NCBI GenBank assembly: GCA_965219535.1 | Contig: CBDCNV010000002.1 | Coordinates: 180,001 to 212,000 of the forward strand | Reading direction: 5' to 3' | DNA from: Opitutales bacterium | Lineage (GTDB): Bacteria > Verrucomicrobiota > Verrucomicrobiia > Opitutales > PNEW01 | DNA length: 32,000 bases | Shown here: piece after piece, positions 9,599 to 17,450 of the stretch | Layout of the letters: each line of letters opens with the position of its first letter | Position numbering within the stretch: the first letter of the stretch is position 1 | Notes under the pieces: generated by a model | The model's database searches: none | Told to the model about the DNA's origin: nothing | The model's input: only the letters and a program-made list of their open reading frames with translations | Translations under genes and position numbers: made by a program

Positions 9599-11278
9599 AT
9601 GAAAATTACACTTAAGAAGGCGATCATTATTACGAGCTTGGGTTTATGTCTCATCGGTCTCTCCGGCTTGTTTTTAGCAAAGCCCATTTACCGGGAAATC
9701 AAAGAGTGGCGCGCGCGTCAATTGTCGGAAAAAGCAAGGCAGATTTTTGAAGAGGATGAATTGTCAACGGAAGCTTGGGAATCAGCGCGAGCGGCCTACA
9801 ATTTGGCTCCACAGGTTACTGAAGTTGTGCGCACCGTGGCCCGTATATATAGTAAAGCTGATCCCTATAAAGCACTTCCTTTTTGGGAGGAAACGATAAA
9901 TTTAAGTGATGGGGCCTATGAAGATCGACTCGGGCTGGGAAAAGCGGCGCTTGCCGTTGGTTTTCTGGAAATTGCTGAACAACAGCTAGGCTATTTATCT
10001 CAACAAAAAGTAGATGATCCAGAGTTTTTATTTTTTAAAGCTCGCTTGTTCGCGATTCAAAGTAAAATCGAAAAAGCGGTTGAAGTCGCTCGTGAACTCG
10101 TATCACTCAGCACCATTCCTGAAGACGCGCATTTTTTTTATGTTCAACTGACTCAACTTTCTAAACGATCCGAATTGCGGGAGGAGGGCTTGCGTTACTT
10201 ATGGGAATTAGCAGATCAGCAAGATTTGCTGGGTTTGTCTGCATTACGCAATCTGGCCCGCGCTTCGGGTGTCCTCACCGTTGATCTGTATGAGATTGCT
10301 CGCAGGTTGAAGAGCCATCCACAAGCAGGTAGAGCAGAAGATTTACTTAGACTTGAGCTTTTATTGCGATTACCCACTACAGATCCCGACGATGTCCTCG
10401 AAGAAGCAAAGGAGTATTTTGATACCCAGCAAGTAGGGGAGTTAGTCGAGTTAGGCCGATGGCTAAACACACAAAAACTTTACGCAAAAACCACGCTCTT
10501 AATTAGTAAGGAGAGGGCTCTTGAGCGACGAGACTTATACCTTATCCGCATCGATGCGATGGCAATGATGAACCAGTGGGAAGAAATTGGGGTTTACCTG
10601 GACCTGCCCAATGTTCCAATTGAATCCTATGTAAGAAATCTATTCAAGATGCGGGTCTATCTGGAAGATGATCAAGTCCGTTATGCCAATCTCGAATGGG
10701 ATAAAGTATTGCTCGCTGTATCGCGCGACACTCAGAAACTCTGGTATGTAGTCGATTATTCATTAAGATTAAATCTGATAATTTATGCCCGTGCCGCTCT
10801 TCATAAATTGACGGAAATTCCTACAAGTATGCGTCGAGCATACGAATCTTTAGTGCGTATTGAACAAGAAACTGGTCGGACTGTAGAATTGCGCGATCTT
10901 CTCGAAGGTATGGGGAAAGTTTATCCTAATGAACCCGCGGTACTAAATGATATTGCCTACTTGAATTTACTGCTCGGTGACCGCGTCTCTGTATCGATTG
11001 AAAAAGCGAGAACGATGGTCATCGAAAACCCTCGCTATCTTGCCCATCGTATCACATTGGCGCTGGGGTACCTTCGTATTGGGGAAAAAAATGAAGCTTT
11101 GCGCCTACTCGAAGGTTTACCTGTGAATTGGAGAAGTGTTGAAGCCCGTTGGCGAGTTGTTGCCGCCGCCGTCTACCGGGTTAATGGGCATCTCGAAGTT
11201 GCACAGCAAATTATAACCGGCATTGATCCGGAGAAGCTATTACCCCAGGAAAGAAAATTATTACAGGAGTTAATGTAA
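9599..11278 (+). CDS. Membrane-anchored alpha-helical (TPR-like) repeat protein, function unknown
   Basis: 559 aa with an N-terminal hydrophobic helix (IIITSLGLCLIGLSGLFLA). The rest is leucine/alanine-rich helical-repeat-like sequence. It is the last gene of the 5944-11278 same-strand run. Confidence 0.6.
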   Translation: MKITLKKAIIITSLGLCLIGLSGLFLAKPIYREIKEWRARQLSEKARQIFEEDELSTEAWESARAAYNLAPQVTEVVRTVARIYSKADPYKALPFWEETINLSDGAYEDRLGLGKAALAVGFLEIAEQQLGYLSQQKVDDPEFLFFKARLFAIQSKIEKAVEVARELVSLSTIPEDAHFFYVQLTQLSKRSELREEGLRYLWELADQQDLLGLSALRNLARASGVLTVDLYEIARRLKSHPQAGRAEDLLRLELLLRLPTTDPDDVLEEAKEYFDTQQVGELVELGRWLNTQKLYAKTTLLISKERALERRDLYLIRIDAMAMMNQWEEIGVYLDLPNVPIESYVRNLFKMRVYLEDDQVRYANLEWDKVLLAVSRDTQKLWYVVDYSLRLNLIIYARAALHKLTEIPTSMRRAYESLVRIEQETGRTVELRDLLEGMGKVYPNEPAVLNDIAYLNLLLGDRVSVSIEKARTMVIENPRYLAHRITLALGYLRIGEKNEALRLLEGLPVNWRSVEARWRVVAAAVYRVNGHLEVAQQIITGIDPEKLLPQERKLLQELM

Positions 11279-11318
11279 GTTTATACACCCCACGCAATGA
11301 TGGCAGCTATTGCCGTGA

Positions 11319-13595
11319 TTAAGGGCTCGCAGGTGGCGGATCCGGGGGTGGATCTGGGGGTATAATGGGATCAGGATCGGGTTCCGGTTCCGGCTCGGGC
11401 TCCGGTTCAGGTTCTGGCTCGGGTTCCGGTTCAGGTTCCGGCTCGGGTTCCGGTTCAGGTTCGGGTTCCGGCTCGGGCTCCGGTTCAGGTTCGGGATCAG
11501 GATCGGGATCAGGCTGCGGGTCGGGATCGGGGATTATGATTTCGGTTGGTGTTTCTATGACAATCCCGACATTTTCTGTGTCATCATCAATGTCAGTTAC
11601 TACTTCTGTTTCAGTTGGACCAAATTCGAATAAGGGGACTACAGCTAATACAACATCTTCAATCGGCACTTCTCCCAACACACTGATTTCATATATACGC
11701 AGACCTTGGGAGTCAGTATCTTCGGGCTGCCAACGCAGGACTAAATAGCGCCCTGTGATCTCCTCGAAATTCATGCGAATACGTTGATCTTTATCATCGA
11801 TCGTTTGAGACGAAGTTGGAGTAGCTTGATTAAAAAACTCCTCAGAAAGCGAGACGACGGCAAAGTCTTCACTATCTACAATGCCATCTGCTCCACCCGT
11901 AAGTTCCGAACTGTCGATTAGAAGAATTCCACCGGCGTTTTCTTTAAATAAATCTGAAGCGTCAGTGGCGAATTGTTCGATCTTTGTCGCTATCTCGGTG
12001 GCGAGATCTTGAAGACCGGTCGAAATAAATAAGGTTTTTCCTGTATCCGCATCTTGAGATAAATTAATTATGATTTGTTTTTCTGAAGGAATATTGATGC
12101 CTTTCTGGTTTAGTGGTAATACTTCTAACAATCCATTTTTAACGCCAAAGAGGGCACTGAAAGAGCCATCGATCGCCTCGATCACTTGGACGATATAACG
12201 CGTGCCACGAATGCCTCCAATGCCTACTGGAGTATCGATTTCATATCTGGATCCGGGATTTAATTTTTTTACCTCACCAACTAATTCCCCGACGTTAAGT
12301 CTTAGCTTTGTTCTGGAAATACTGGGTTCTTCAACTGCATTGGCAAAACTTTCCTCCTCTGCGTTGAACGGATCCTGTGAAAATTGATCGATGTTAATAC
12401 TTGTATTTTCTGATAATGTAACCGTCGAACCGTTGGAAAAAAGGAGAACAGAAGAGCTTCCAAACCCTGTTTCTACTATTGTTCCCTCAGTTAATCTTAC
12501 ACCATTTTGTCCGATCTGTGCAGGAGCATTCGCGCTGACACGATAGGTGACATCCCCTTTTATGTTGGTAATGATTATTAAAGCTTGATTCTGCAGGGCG
12601 CGACTTACCTCGGGCGAAATTGACGGCTCTTCACTCGCAGCGGCCGATCGGGAAAGGCTGGTACTTGGTAGTTCATCAAGAAAATAAAAATCCATTTTAC
12701 CGCGACCAGCATCGAGGAGTAGCGAGATACGATCGACATTTGATTGTTTATCGATATCCAGCACGAGAACCGACTCTTTCTCCCCCCCAGCGAAGTCATA
12801 AGAGGTGAGCACATCGTCATCAATCATACTGTTGACATCTACAAGATCGCCTGAACTAACGTGCGTGATGTTTGATCCGGAATGGAGTGAAGCAAAATCC
12901 TGTGTGATTGTTTCTACACTCTCGGCAACATTTCTTTCAGAAACTCCCTCATCGCTTTTACGTGTTTCCGTTTCGGCAACTGTCGTTTCTCCAAATAACC
13001 CGAAACTGCTGATTTCACCTTCATTGATAATGGAAAAATTAATTCTGACAAATCGCCCTTCAATCATGGGAAACACAATGTTCACCGATTCTCCGGATTT
13101 AAAATCGATCGGTTCGGTAATGGCGATCCATCGATTGCTATCCTTGTAGCGGAGGGTTTTAGAAACTTTAATTTCTACCTGGCCTTGAGCGGAATGACTA
13201 TCAAAGAAAAAACGATTGAGGTTAAAATAATCTCCCAAGTCCAAGGTAAAAGCCTTTTCTCCCTCTGCTATACGGTAAGTGATAGATTCATCGTCACCAA
13301 GGAGTGCAGACTCTTCAAAGTCCTTCTCATTTTCAAGTGATATTGTCTTGAGTAATCCGTCTCCCTCGCTGACGAGGAGACTGGTATCCATATGCCACCG
13401 CGCCAAATTTTTTGGTGTTAGCGATAAGTCCGCTTTAGTTGCAGGCGCAAGTTCGATTAAATTAATGCCTTCTTGTCCGATAGTAGGACAGATTCCCAAC
13501 CCGATGAAAATGAAACTAGCCAGAACTGTGCGAAATACAAATTGCTGACAAAAGGGCATAGAAATGACGGGCTTCTTTATTTTCAGATTCAGCAT
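11319..13595 (-). CDS. Large secreted/surface protein: signal-anchor, discoidin (F5/8 type C)-like domains, central FecR-like domain, C-terminal acidic-proline (EP)19 tract
   Basis: 758 aa with an N-terminal hydrophobic segment. The FecR-like block runs GDVTYRV...[35 protein letters not shown]...GIRGTRYIV. Discoidin-like endings are [23 protein letters not shown] and [11 protein letters not shown]...[10 protein letters not shown]. The tail reads [13 protein letters not shown](EP)19[19 protein letters not shown]. Confidence 0.8.
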   Translation of the reverse strand: MLNLKIKKPVISMPFCQQFVFRTVLASFIFIGLGICPTIGQEGINLIELAPATKADLSLTPKNLARWHMDTSLLVSEGDGLLKTISLENEKDFEESALLGDDESITYRIAEGEKAFTLDLGDYFNLNRFFFDSHSAQGQVEIKVSKTLRYKDSNRWIAITEPIDFKSGESVNIVFPMIEGRFVRINFSIINEGEISSFGLFGETTVAETETRKSDEGVSERNVAESVETITQDFASLHSGSNITHVSSGDLVDVNSMIDDDVLTSYDFAGGEKESVLVLDIDKQSNVDRISLLLDAGRGKMDFYFLDELPSTSLSRSAAASEEPSISPEVSRALQNQALIIITNIKGDVTYRVSANAPAQIGQNGVRLTEGTIVETGFGSSSVLLFSNGSTVTLSENTSINIDQFSQDPFNAEEESFANAVEEPSISRTKLRLNVGELVGEVKKLNPGSRYEIDTPVGIGGIRGTRYIVQVIEAIDGSFSALFGVKNGLLEVLPLNQKGINIPSEKQIIINLSQDADTGKTLFISTGLQDLATEIATKIEQFATDASDLFKENAGGILLIDSSELTGGADGIVDSEDFAVVSLSEEFFNQATPTSSQTIDDKDQRIRMNFEEITGRYLVLRWQPEDTDSQGLRIYEISVLGEVPIEDVVLAVVPLFEFGPTETEVVTDIDDDTENVGIVIETPTEIIIPDPDPQPDPDPDPEPEPEPEPEPEPEPEPEPEPEPEPEPEPEPEPEPEPEPDPDPIIPPDPPPDPPPASP
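11368..11529 (-). repeat. Tandem hexanucleotide coding repeat: 27 acidic-Pro dipeptides, with 19 consecutive Glu-Pro
   Basis: The plus strand reads 27 consecutive GGNTCN hexamers. Hexamers 3-21 are GG(T/C)TCN (Glu-Pro on the minus strand). Hexamers 1-2, 22-24 and 26-27 encode Asp-Pro (GGATCN; hexamer 26 is GGGTCG), and hexamer 25 (GGCTGC) encodes Gln-Pro. A 24-nt higher-order unit, GGCTCGGG(C/T)TCCGGTTCAGGTTCN, occurs 4 times between 11392 and 11493. Confidence 0.95.
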
Positions 13596-13835
13596 GAAAT
13601 TCTTTGAGCTAAAATTAGCGCTTAACTTAGTGCTTTATTAACAAGCTCTAATCCATATAATATATTAAATAGTAAAAGGCACCAATTTTACCTCTCCTAG
13701 GGAAGACAGCCGATAACACTCGCTTTTATAAGGCGTTAGTTATGATATTGCAATATTAAAAAGGCGTTAATTCCTTTTTAATACATTATTTACAGCAATA
13801 TGAGGTATTGAAACTTTATAAAATTAATCGCATAA

Positions 13836-14918
13836 ATGTTTCACTTTTACCCCATAATAAAAAGCTCTTTAACCACCCGGTTAGAAGCACTCATTGCCCC
13901 ATGGCGTCGAGTTGCGGAAGTGGTTATACTCCTGCTTTGGCTAACTCTCATTTTGCCGAACAATCTAAGCGCTCAGGGTAAGAATGTTAAAGCTGGTCCC
14001 ATCACCATGGACCTGACCGCGAGGGTATCCCTTGAATACAATGACAACATCAATGCATCGGGCACAAATGGATTAAATGATTTTATATTATTTGCGGGTA
14101 TGGATATGGCCGGTAATTGGGATATTTCACGCATAAATAGTATGTCATTCAATTTAGGTGCAGAATACCGTAAATACTTTGAACATCCCGAGTTGAGTTC
14201 TGATCAAAACTTTCTCATTCTCTCTCCGGATACGGAGATGGCTTTCACGATTTTGGTTAAAGGAATAGAATTTCGTTTCTATGATAAGTTAAATTTTTCC
14301 ACCGACCCGACCGACTCGGTATTAGTAGATCCAGAAACGGGTGAAGTTTCCTACGATATATTAAGTTACAATCGGTTTGAAAATAGATTAGGGATCGATG
14401 CTGAATGGGATCTTAAACCACTGAAAATTACTTTTGGATTAAATAGAAATGACGTCATCCCACAGGACATAGAATTTGAATTTACGGATCGCACCCAAAA
14501 TACGATAGCGTTAGGTGGAAGCGTTCAGTATGCAGCAAATTTAATGGTTGGTGTCGAAGGCACTTATTTAATTACCGAATACAAGGATAACTTTCAAAAC
14601 GGGAGCGAAGGCTATACGATCGGACCTTTTGTTAACTGGCAGATCTCGCGCTTCATAAGTCTTGCCTTCCACTCATATTGGAACAATATAGATTTCGATA
14701 ATACCGGTGATAATAGCGATAGTTCCGACAGCTCAACGTTCAATTTTAACCTTAGTCTGAATCACGTATTTAATAGGCACTATTCCCATTCTTTTAATTT
14801 GTCGCAAACGACCTATCTTGGATTTATTGCTAATACGACAACGGTTGAAAACATTACTTATTCCTTTGTGTTAGATGCCATACTGATCGGACCCCGTTTT
14901 TCGTACCAATTTAAGTGA
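13836..14918 (+). CDS. Putative outer-membrane beta-barrel protein (EpsL-like candidate); 3' end replaced by IS sequence
   Basis: 360 aa. It has a signal-like N-terminus (VVILLLWLTLILPNNLSAQG). Short alternating aromatic/polar strands rich in Y, F, N, G and D run throughout. The last ~10 codons (from ~14889, PRFSYQFK*) lie inside the IS terminal repeat, so the native C-terminus is lost. Confidence 0.5.
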   Translation: MFHFYPIIKSSLTTRLEALIAPWRRVAEVVILLLWLTLILPNNLSAQGKNVKAGPITMDLTARVSLEYNDNINASGTNGLNDFILFAGMDMAGNWDISRINSMSFNLGAEYRKYFEHPELSSDQNFLILSPDTEMAFTILVKGIEFRFYDKLNFSTDPTDSVLVDPETGEVSYDILSYNRFENRLGIDAEWDLKPLKITFGLNRNDVIPQDIEFEFTDRTQNTIALGGSVQYAANLMVGVEGTYLITEYKDNFQNGSEGYTIGPFVNWQISRFISLAFHSYWNNIDFDNTGDNSDSSDSSTFNFNLSLNHVFNRHYSHSFNLSQTTYLGFIANTTTVENITYSFVLDAILIGPRFSYQFK

Positions 14919-15876
14919 GAGAGTTACCGGGTGTTAATGGTTTTAGGATTGATGTATATGAGAGATCTTGGCGAAGTGAGGGCGTAGCCCGAACGCGGCC
15001 AAGATCGGAAAGGAATCTGACAAACTCTTGTGGGCTTTTGAAGCCTAAACGACTGTGGGGATGTTCATGGTTATAGGTCTGACGCCATTGTTCGATTACC
15101 ACTTGCGCTTCAGCCACGCTGAGCAACACTTCACGGTTCAAACACTCATCGCGTAAGCGGTTGTGAAACGACTCGATGAAACCGTTTTGCCAGGGACTGC
15201 CCGGATCGATATAGATCGCCTTTATGTTATTACCGGACAACCACTGCTGCACTTGATGAGCAATGAACTCACTGCCGTTGTCACTACGGATATAGCTGGG
15301 AGGTCCCTCCTCTTCAATGGCCTCGCTAAGCACAGAGAGGACATCGGTTGAGGTGAGTTGACGAGCGACCCGGATATCCAGGCATTTACGCGTATATGTC
15401 TTCGCTTCGCTTGAGTGTCGTCGCTTTCAGCTCCTCGGTACATCGATCAGAGTCATCATCTTTAATGGACCGCCGTTGTCTGTACGATCATGGACAAAGT
15501 CCCAGGACCAAACGTGATTGCGACCCTTTGCTTTAGTAGGTGACCCCGTAGAGACTCCTTGACGGTGTCTGCCCTTTTTCGGGGGCTTTACCTGCAGCCC
15601 TTCTGAACGTCGTACCGCCTGGACAAACTTCCTGCTTGTTGTCCAGCCTTCCTTTACCAGCAAGGCACGGATGCGCCGGTAACCGTAGCGGGGATGTTTC
15701 CAGGACAAGCTCACAATCCGCTCGACCAACCGCTGAGCTTTCTCACTGGCCTGTTTGGGCCGGTAACTGAACGTTGACCAACTCAGGCTGAGATAAGCAC
15801 AAGCCCTCCGCAACGAGCACAACCCTTTCTCAGCCGCAGCTTTTACTACTCGTTTCTTCTGCTTTGGGCTCACCAT
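14911..15876 (-). pseudogene. IS3-family transposase OrfB (integrase/rve DDE domain) with an in-frame TGA
   Basis: ORFs 15427-15876 and 14911-15333 are in one continuous frame, interrupted only by a TGA at 15429-15427. The read-through is ...KMMTLIDVPRS*KRRHSSEAKTYTRKCLDIRVARQLTSTDVLSVLSEAIEEEGPPSYIRSDNGSEF... The frame is -1 relative to orfA. Confidence 0.8.
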
Positions 15877-16163
15877 TTTTTTGACAGCGTTTCCTCCATT
15901 ACCTGATTCTTGAGCATTTGATCTGCGAGCAGCTTCTTCAGCTCGGTATGTCAGGCCTTCTCGCTTGCGCTCGTGAATTCTTTTTCCAGCTCTTTAAATC
16001 GCTTCGCATCGGCAAGTTCTAAATTGCCATATTTTTTACGCCAGCGATAGAAAGTCTGTTCGCTCAGGTTGTTTCCACGGCAGATTTCCTGTACCGTTTT
16101 ACCGGTATCGGCTTGCCGCAATATTGTTATAATCTGTTCTGTTGTGTATCTTTTTCTTTTCAT
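15870..16163 (-). pseudogene. IS3-family transposase OrfA (HTH + leucine-zipper region) with an in-frame TGA
   Basis: The frame reads MKRKRYTTEQIITILRQADTGKTVQEICRGNNLSEQTFYRWRKKYG...KELEKEFTSASEKA, then a TGA at 15953-15951. It continues in the same frame as HTELKKLLADQMLKNQVMEETLSKKW* to 15870. Confidence 0.8.
15876..15882 (-). other. Programmed -1 ribosomal frameshift slippery heptamer (A AAA AAA) at the orfA/orfB overlap
   Basis: A run of 7 T on the plus strand (15876-15882) reads tcA AAA AAA tgg tga in the orfA frame. The orfB frame opens at the overlapping ATG (15876-15874). This is the classic IS3-family architecture. Confidence 0.7.
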
Positions 16164-16275
16164 TGAGGTTATCTGTTTATCCCGATAACCTCTCTCTGTA
16201 AATGATACGATTTTTGGGGGTCACTCCAAAAAGATTAGCGAGCAGAAGAGTATCTTACGTGCAAGGATTGATAAC

Positions 16276-17358
16276 TTGGATAAGGTAATTGCGGAATGGG
16301 AGCATACCGCTCTCGACAATAGCCGACGCATGGCGGAATTTGACCGGCTAAACTCGCGATTGGAGCGTTCAAGAACACTTTATCAAAGGCTTCTTAGCTC
16401 TATTCAATCCATCGATCTCAACCTTAATGTCGATCAGGAGACGCTTGCCATCCTGGAAAATGCGACAGCGGCTCGATTGCTCAGGGGATCGGTTAGCAAA
16501 AAATTAGCCCAGGGAGGGCTTGCTGGACTTATGATTGGCGCTGGTTTGATTTTCCTCATCGGTGTCATCGACAATCGAATAGTATCTGCAGAAGATATCA
16601 GCCTTCGCTTTGAACCACCCGTATTAGGAATTATACCACTCGAAAAAATAACTGATAATGGGCAATTGGAACATATTAAACCTAAAGATGACCGGCACTT
16701 ATTTGCTGAAGCCTGTCGCGCTCTACGCTCCTCTCTTCTTTTTATGGAAGATCAGGGATCGAAACCGCAATGTATTATTGTTACGAGTTCTGTTCCCTCC
16801 GAGGGTAAATCGATGATATCCACTAATCTATCTATAACATTAGCGCTGGCTGCATCGCGTACCATACTTGTCGATCTCGACTTAAGACGAGGGCAACTAT
16901 ATAAAGTGTTTGGCACGACGCGCAAAGACGGTTTGCACGAGGTGATCAATAACGGAGTAGAACTCGATGACGTGATACAAAAAACAGAGATTGAAAACCT
17001 TGATTTTATTCCTTGCGGCGTTTACCCGGACCGCCCAGGGGAATTGCTCCTTAGTGAACATATGGAGCAGATACTACGCGAACTTAAAGAACGCTACGAT
17101 TATATAATTTTCGATACCGCGCCAATACTAGCTACGGATGATACTTCAAGTTTTGCCGCTAAAACGGATGGGGTCCTTTTTGCCGTGCGTTCATCTAAGA
17201 CTCAAGCGCGACAAGTAAAAGCCTCAATGGAGCGACTACATTTACGAAGCACTACAGTTTTGGGATTTATCCTAAATTTTGTTGATACTCAGAATCCCGA
17301 CTACTATTATTATAAAAAGTATTCCTATTATTATACGGCAGATTCTTTGGCGAGTTGA
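16276..17358 (+). CDS. 5'-truncated Wzc/GumC-type polysaccharide co-polymerase / tyrosine autokinase (BY-kinase) fragment
   Basis: The fragment has a coiled-coil Wzz-like remnant and one TM (GGLAGLMIGAGLIFLIGVI). Walker A (SSVPSEGKS), A' (VDLDLRRG) and B (IIFDTAP) motifs follow, with a C-terminal Tyr cluster DYYYYKKYSYYYT. The frame is open back to 16189 and abuts the IS end at 16223/16224. The N-terminal ~half of a normal ~700-aa protein is absent, and the TTG at 16276 is only the ORF-track start. Confidence 0.8.
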   Translation: MDKVIAEWEHTALDNSRRMAEFDRLNSRLERSRTLYQRLLSSIQSIDLNLNVDQETLAILENATAARLLRGSVSKKLAQGGLAGLMIGAGLIFLIGVIDNRIVSAEDISLRFEPPVLGIIPLEKITDNGQLEHIKPKDDRHLFAEACRALRSSLLFMEDQGSKPQCIIVTSSVPSEGKSMISTNLSITLALAASRTILVDLDLRRGQLYKVFGTTRKDGLHEVINNGVELDDVIQKTEIENLDFIPCGVYPDRPGELLLSEHMEQILRELKERYDYIIFDTAPILATDDTSSFAAKTDGVLFAVRSSKTQARQVKASMERLHLRSTTVLGFILNFVDTQNPDYYYYKKYSYYYTADSLAS

Positions 17359-17450
17359 AGCTTTCCAGTCGGTAATTTAACGACGTGTCGCTAGCTTGAT
17401 CAGATGGGCTAACTTTCACGCATCCTAAGGTTCAAGAATATACTCTTCGC

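Larger units (their letters stand above)
14889..16223 (-). mobile_element. IS3-family insertion sequence, ~1.33 kb, degenerate (both transposase frames interrupted)
   Basis: It has an orfA (HTH) and an orfB (rve/DDE, SDNGSEF) arrangement with an A AAA AAA slippery site. Imperfect ~43-bp terminal inverted repeats are present: the reverse complement of 16181-16223 (TGACCCCCAAAAATCGTATCATTTACAGAGAGAGGTTATCGGG) against 14889-14933 (GGACCCCGTTTTTCGTACCAATTTAAGTGAGAGAGTTACCGGG). Hand counts of 60-nt lines give ~60% GC inside versus ~42% in the flanks. Boundaries are +/- a few bp. Confidence 0.85.

Noticed and set aside
11281-11345. Alternative frame after the 758-aa gene's proline tail reads ..[20 protein letters not shown]. 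This is an EP followed by a hydrophobic stretch and is reachable by a 1-nt slip in the C5 runs, so it hints at a cryptic PEP-CTERM-like anchor.
   Set aside because: The hydrophobic run is only ~13 residues, has no Arg/Lys cluster after it and ends immediately at a stop. That frame also has a TGA just upstream. It is most likely chance, and only read-level indel evidence or homologues with such a tail would revive the idea.
11368-11529. Regular short repeats that might be mistaken for a CRISPR array
   Set aside because: The units are contiguous 6-nt coding repeats with no spacers, they lie inside an ORF, and there are no cas genes nearby.
11365-11748. 127-aa plus-strand ORF starting with a long (Gly-Ser)n run
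   Set aside because: It is the antisense shadow of the (Glu/Asp-Pro)n coding repeat of the 758-aa minus-strand gene. That gene has recognisable domains along its entire length, while the plus-strand ORF has none.
15163-15443. 62-aa plus-strand and 73-aa minus-strand ORFs inside the IS
   Set aside because: They are alternative frames of the orfB region. The true orfB frame reads straight through this interval apart from one TGA.
15427-15953. Both IS interruptions are TGA: possible selenocysteine or alternative genetic code (TGA as Trp/Gly) read-through
   Set aside because: Host genes in the window terminate at TGA (for example the ferredoxin, the aminotransferase and the KAS). I saw no SECIS-like context. 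The stops lie in non-conserved extra segments. Pseudogenisation is the simpler explanation.
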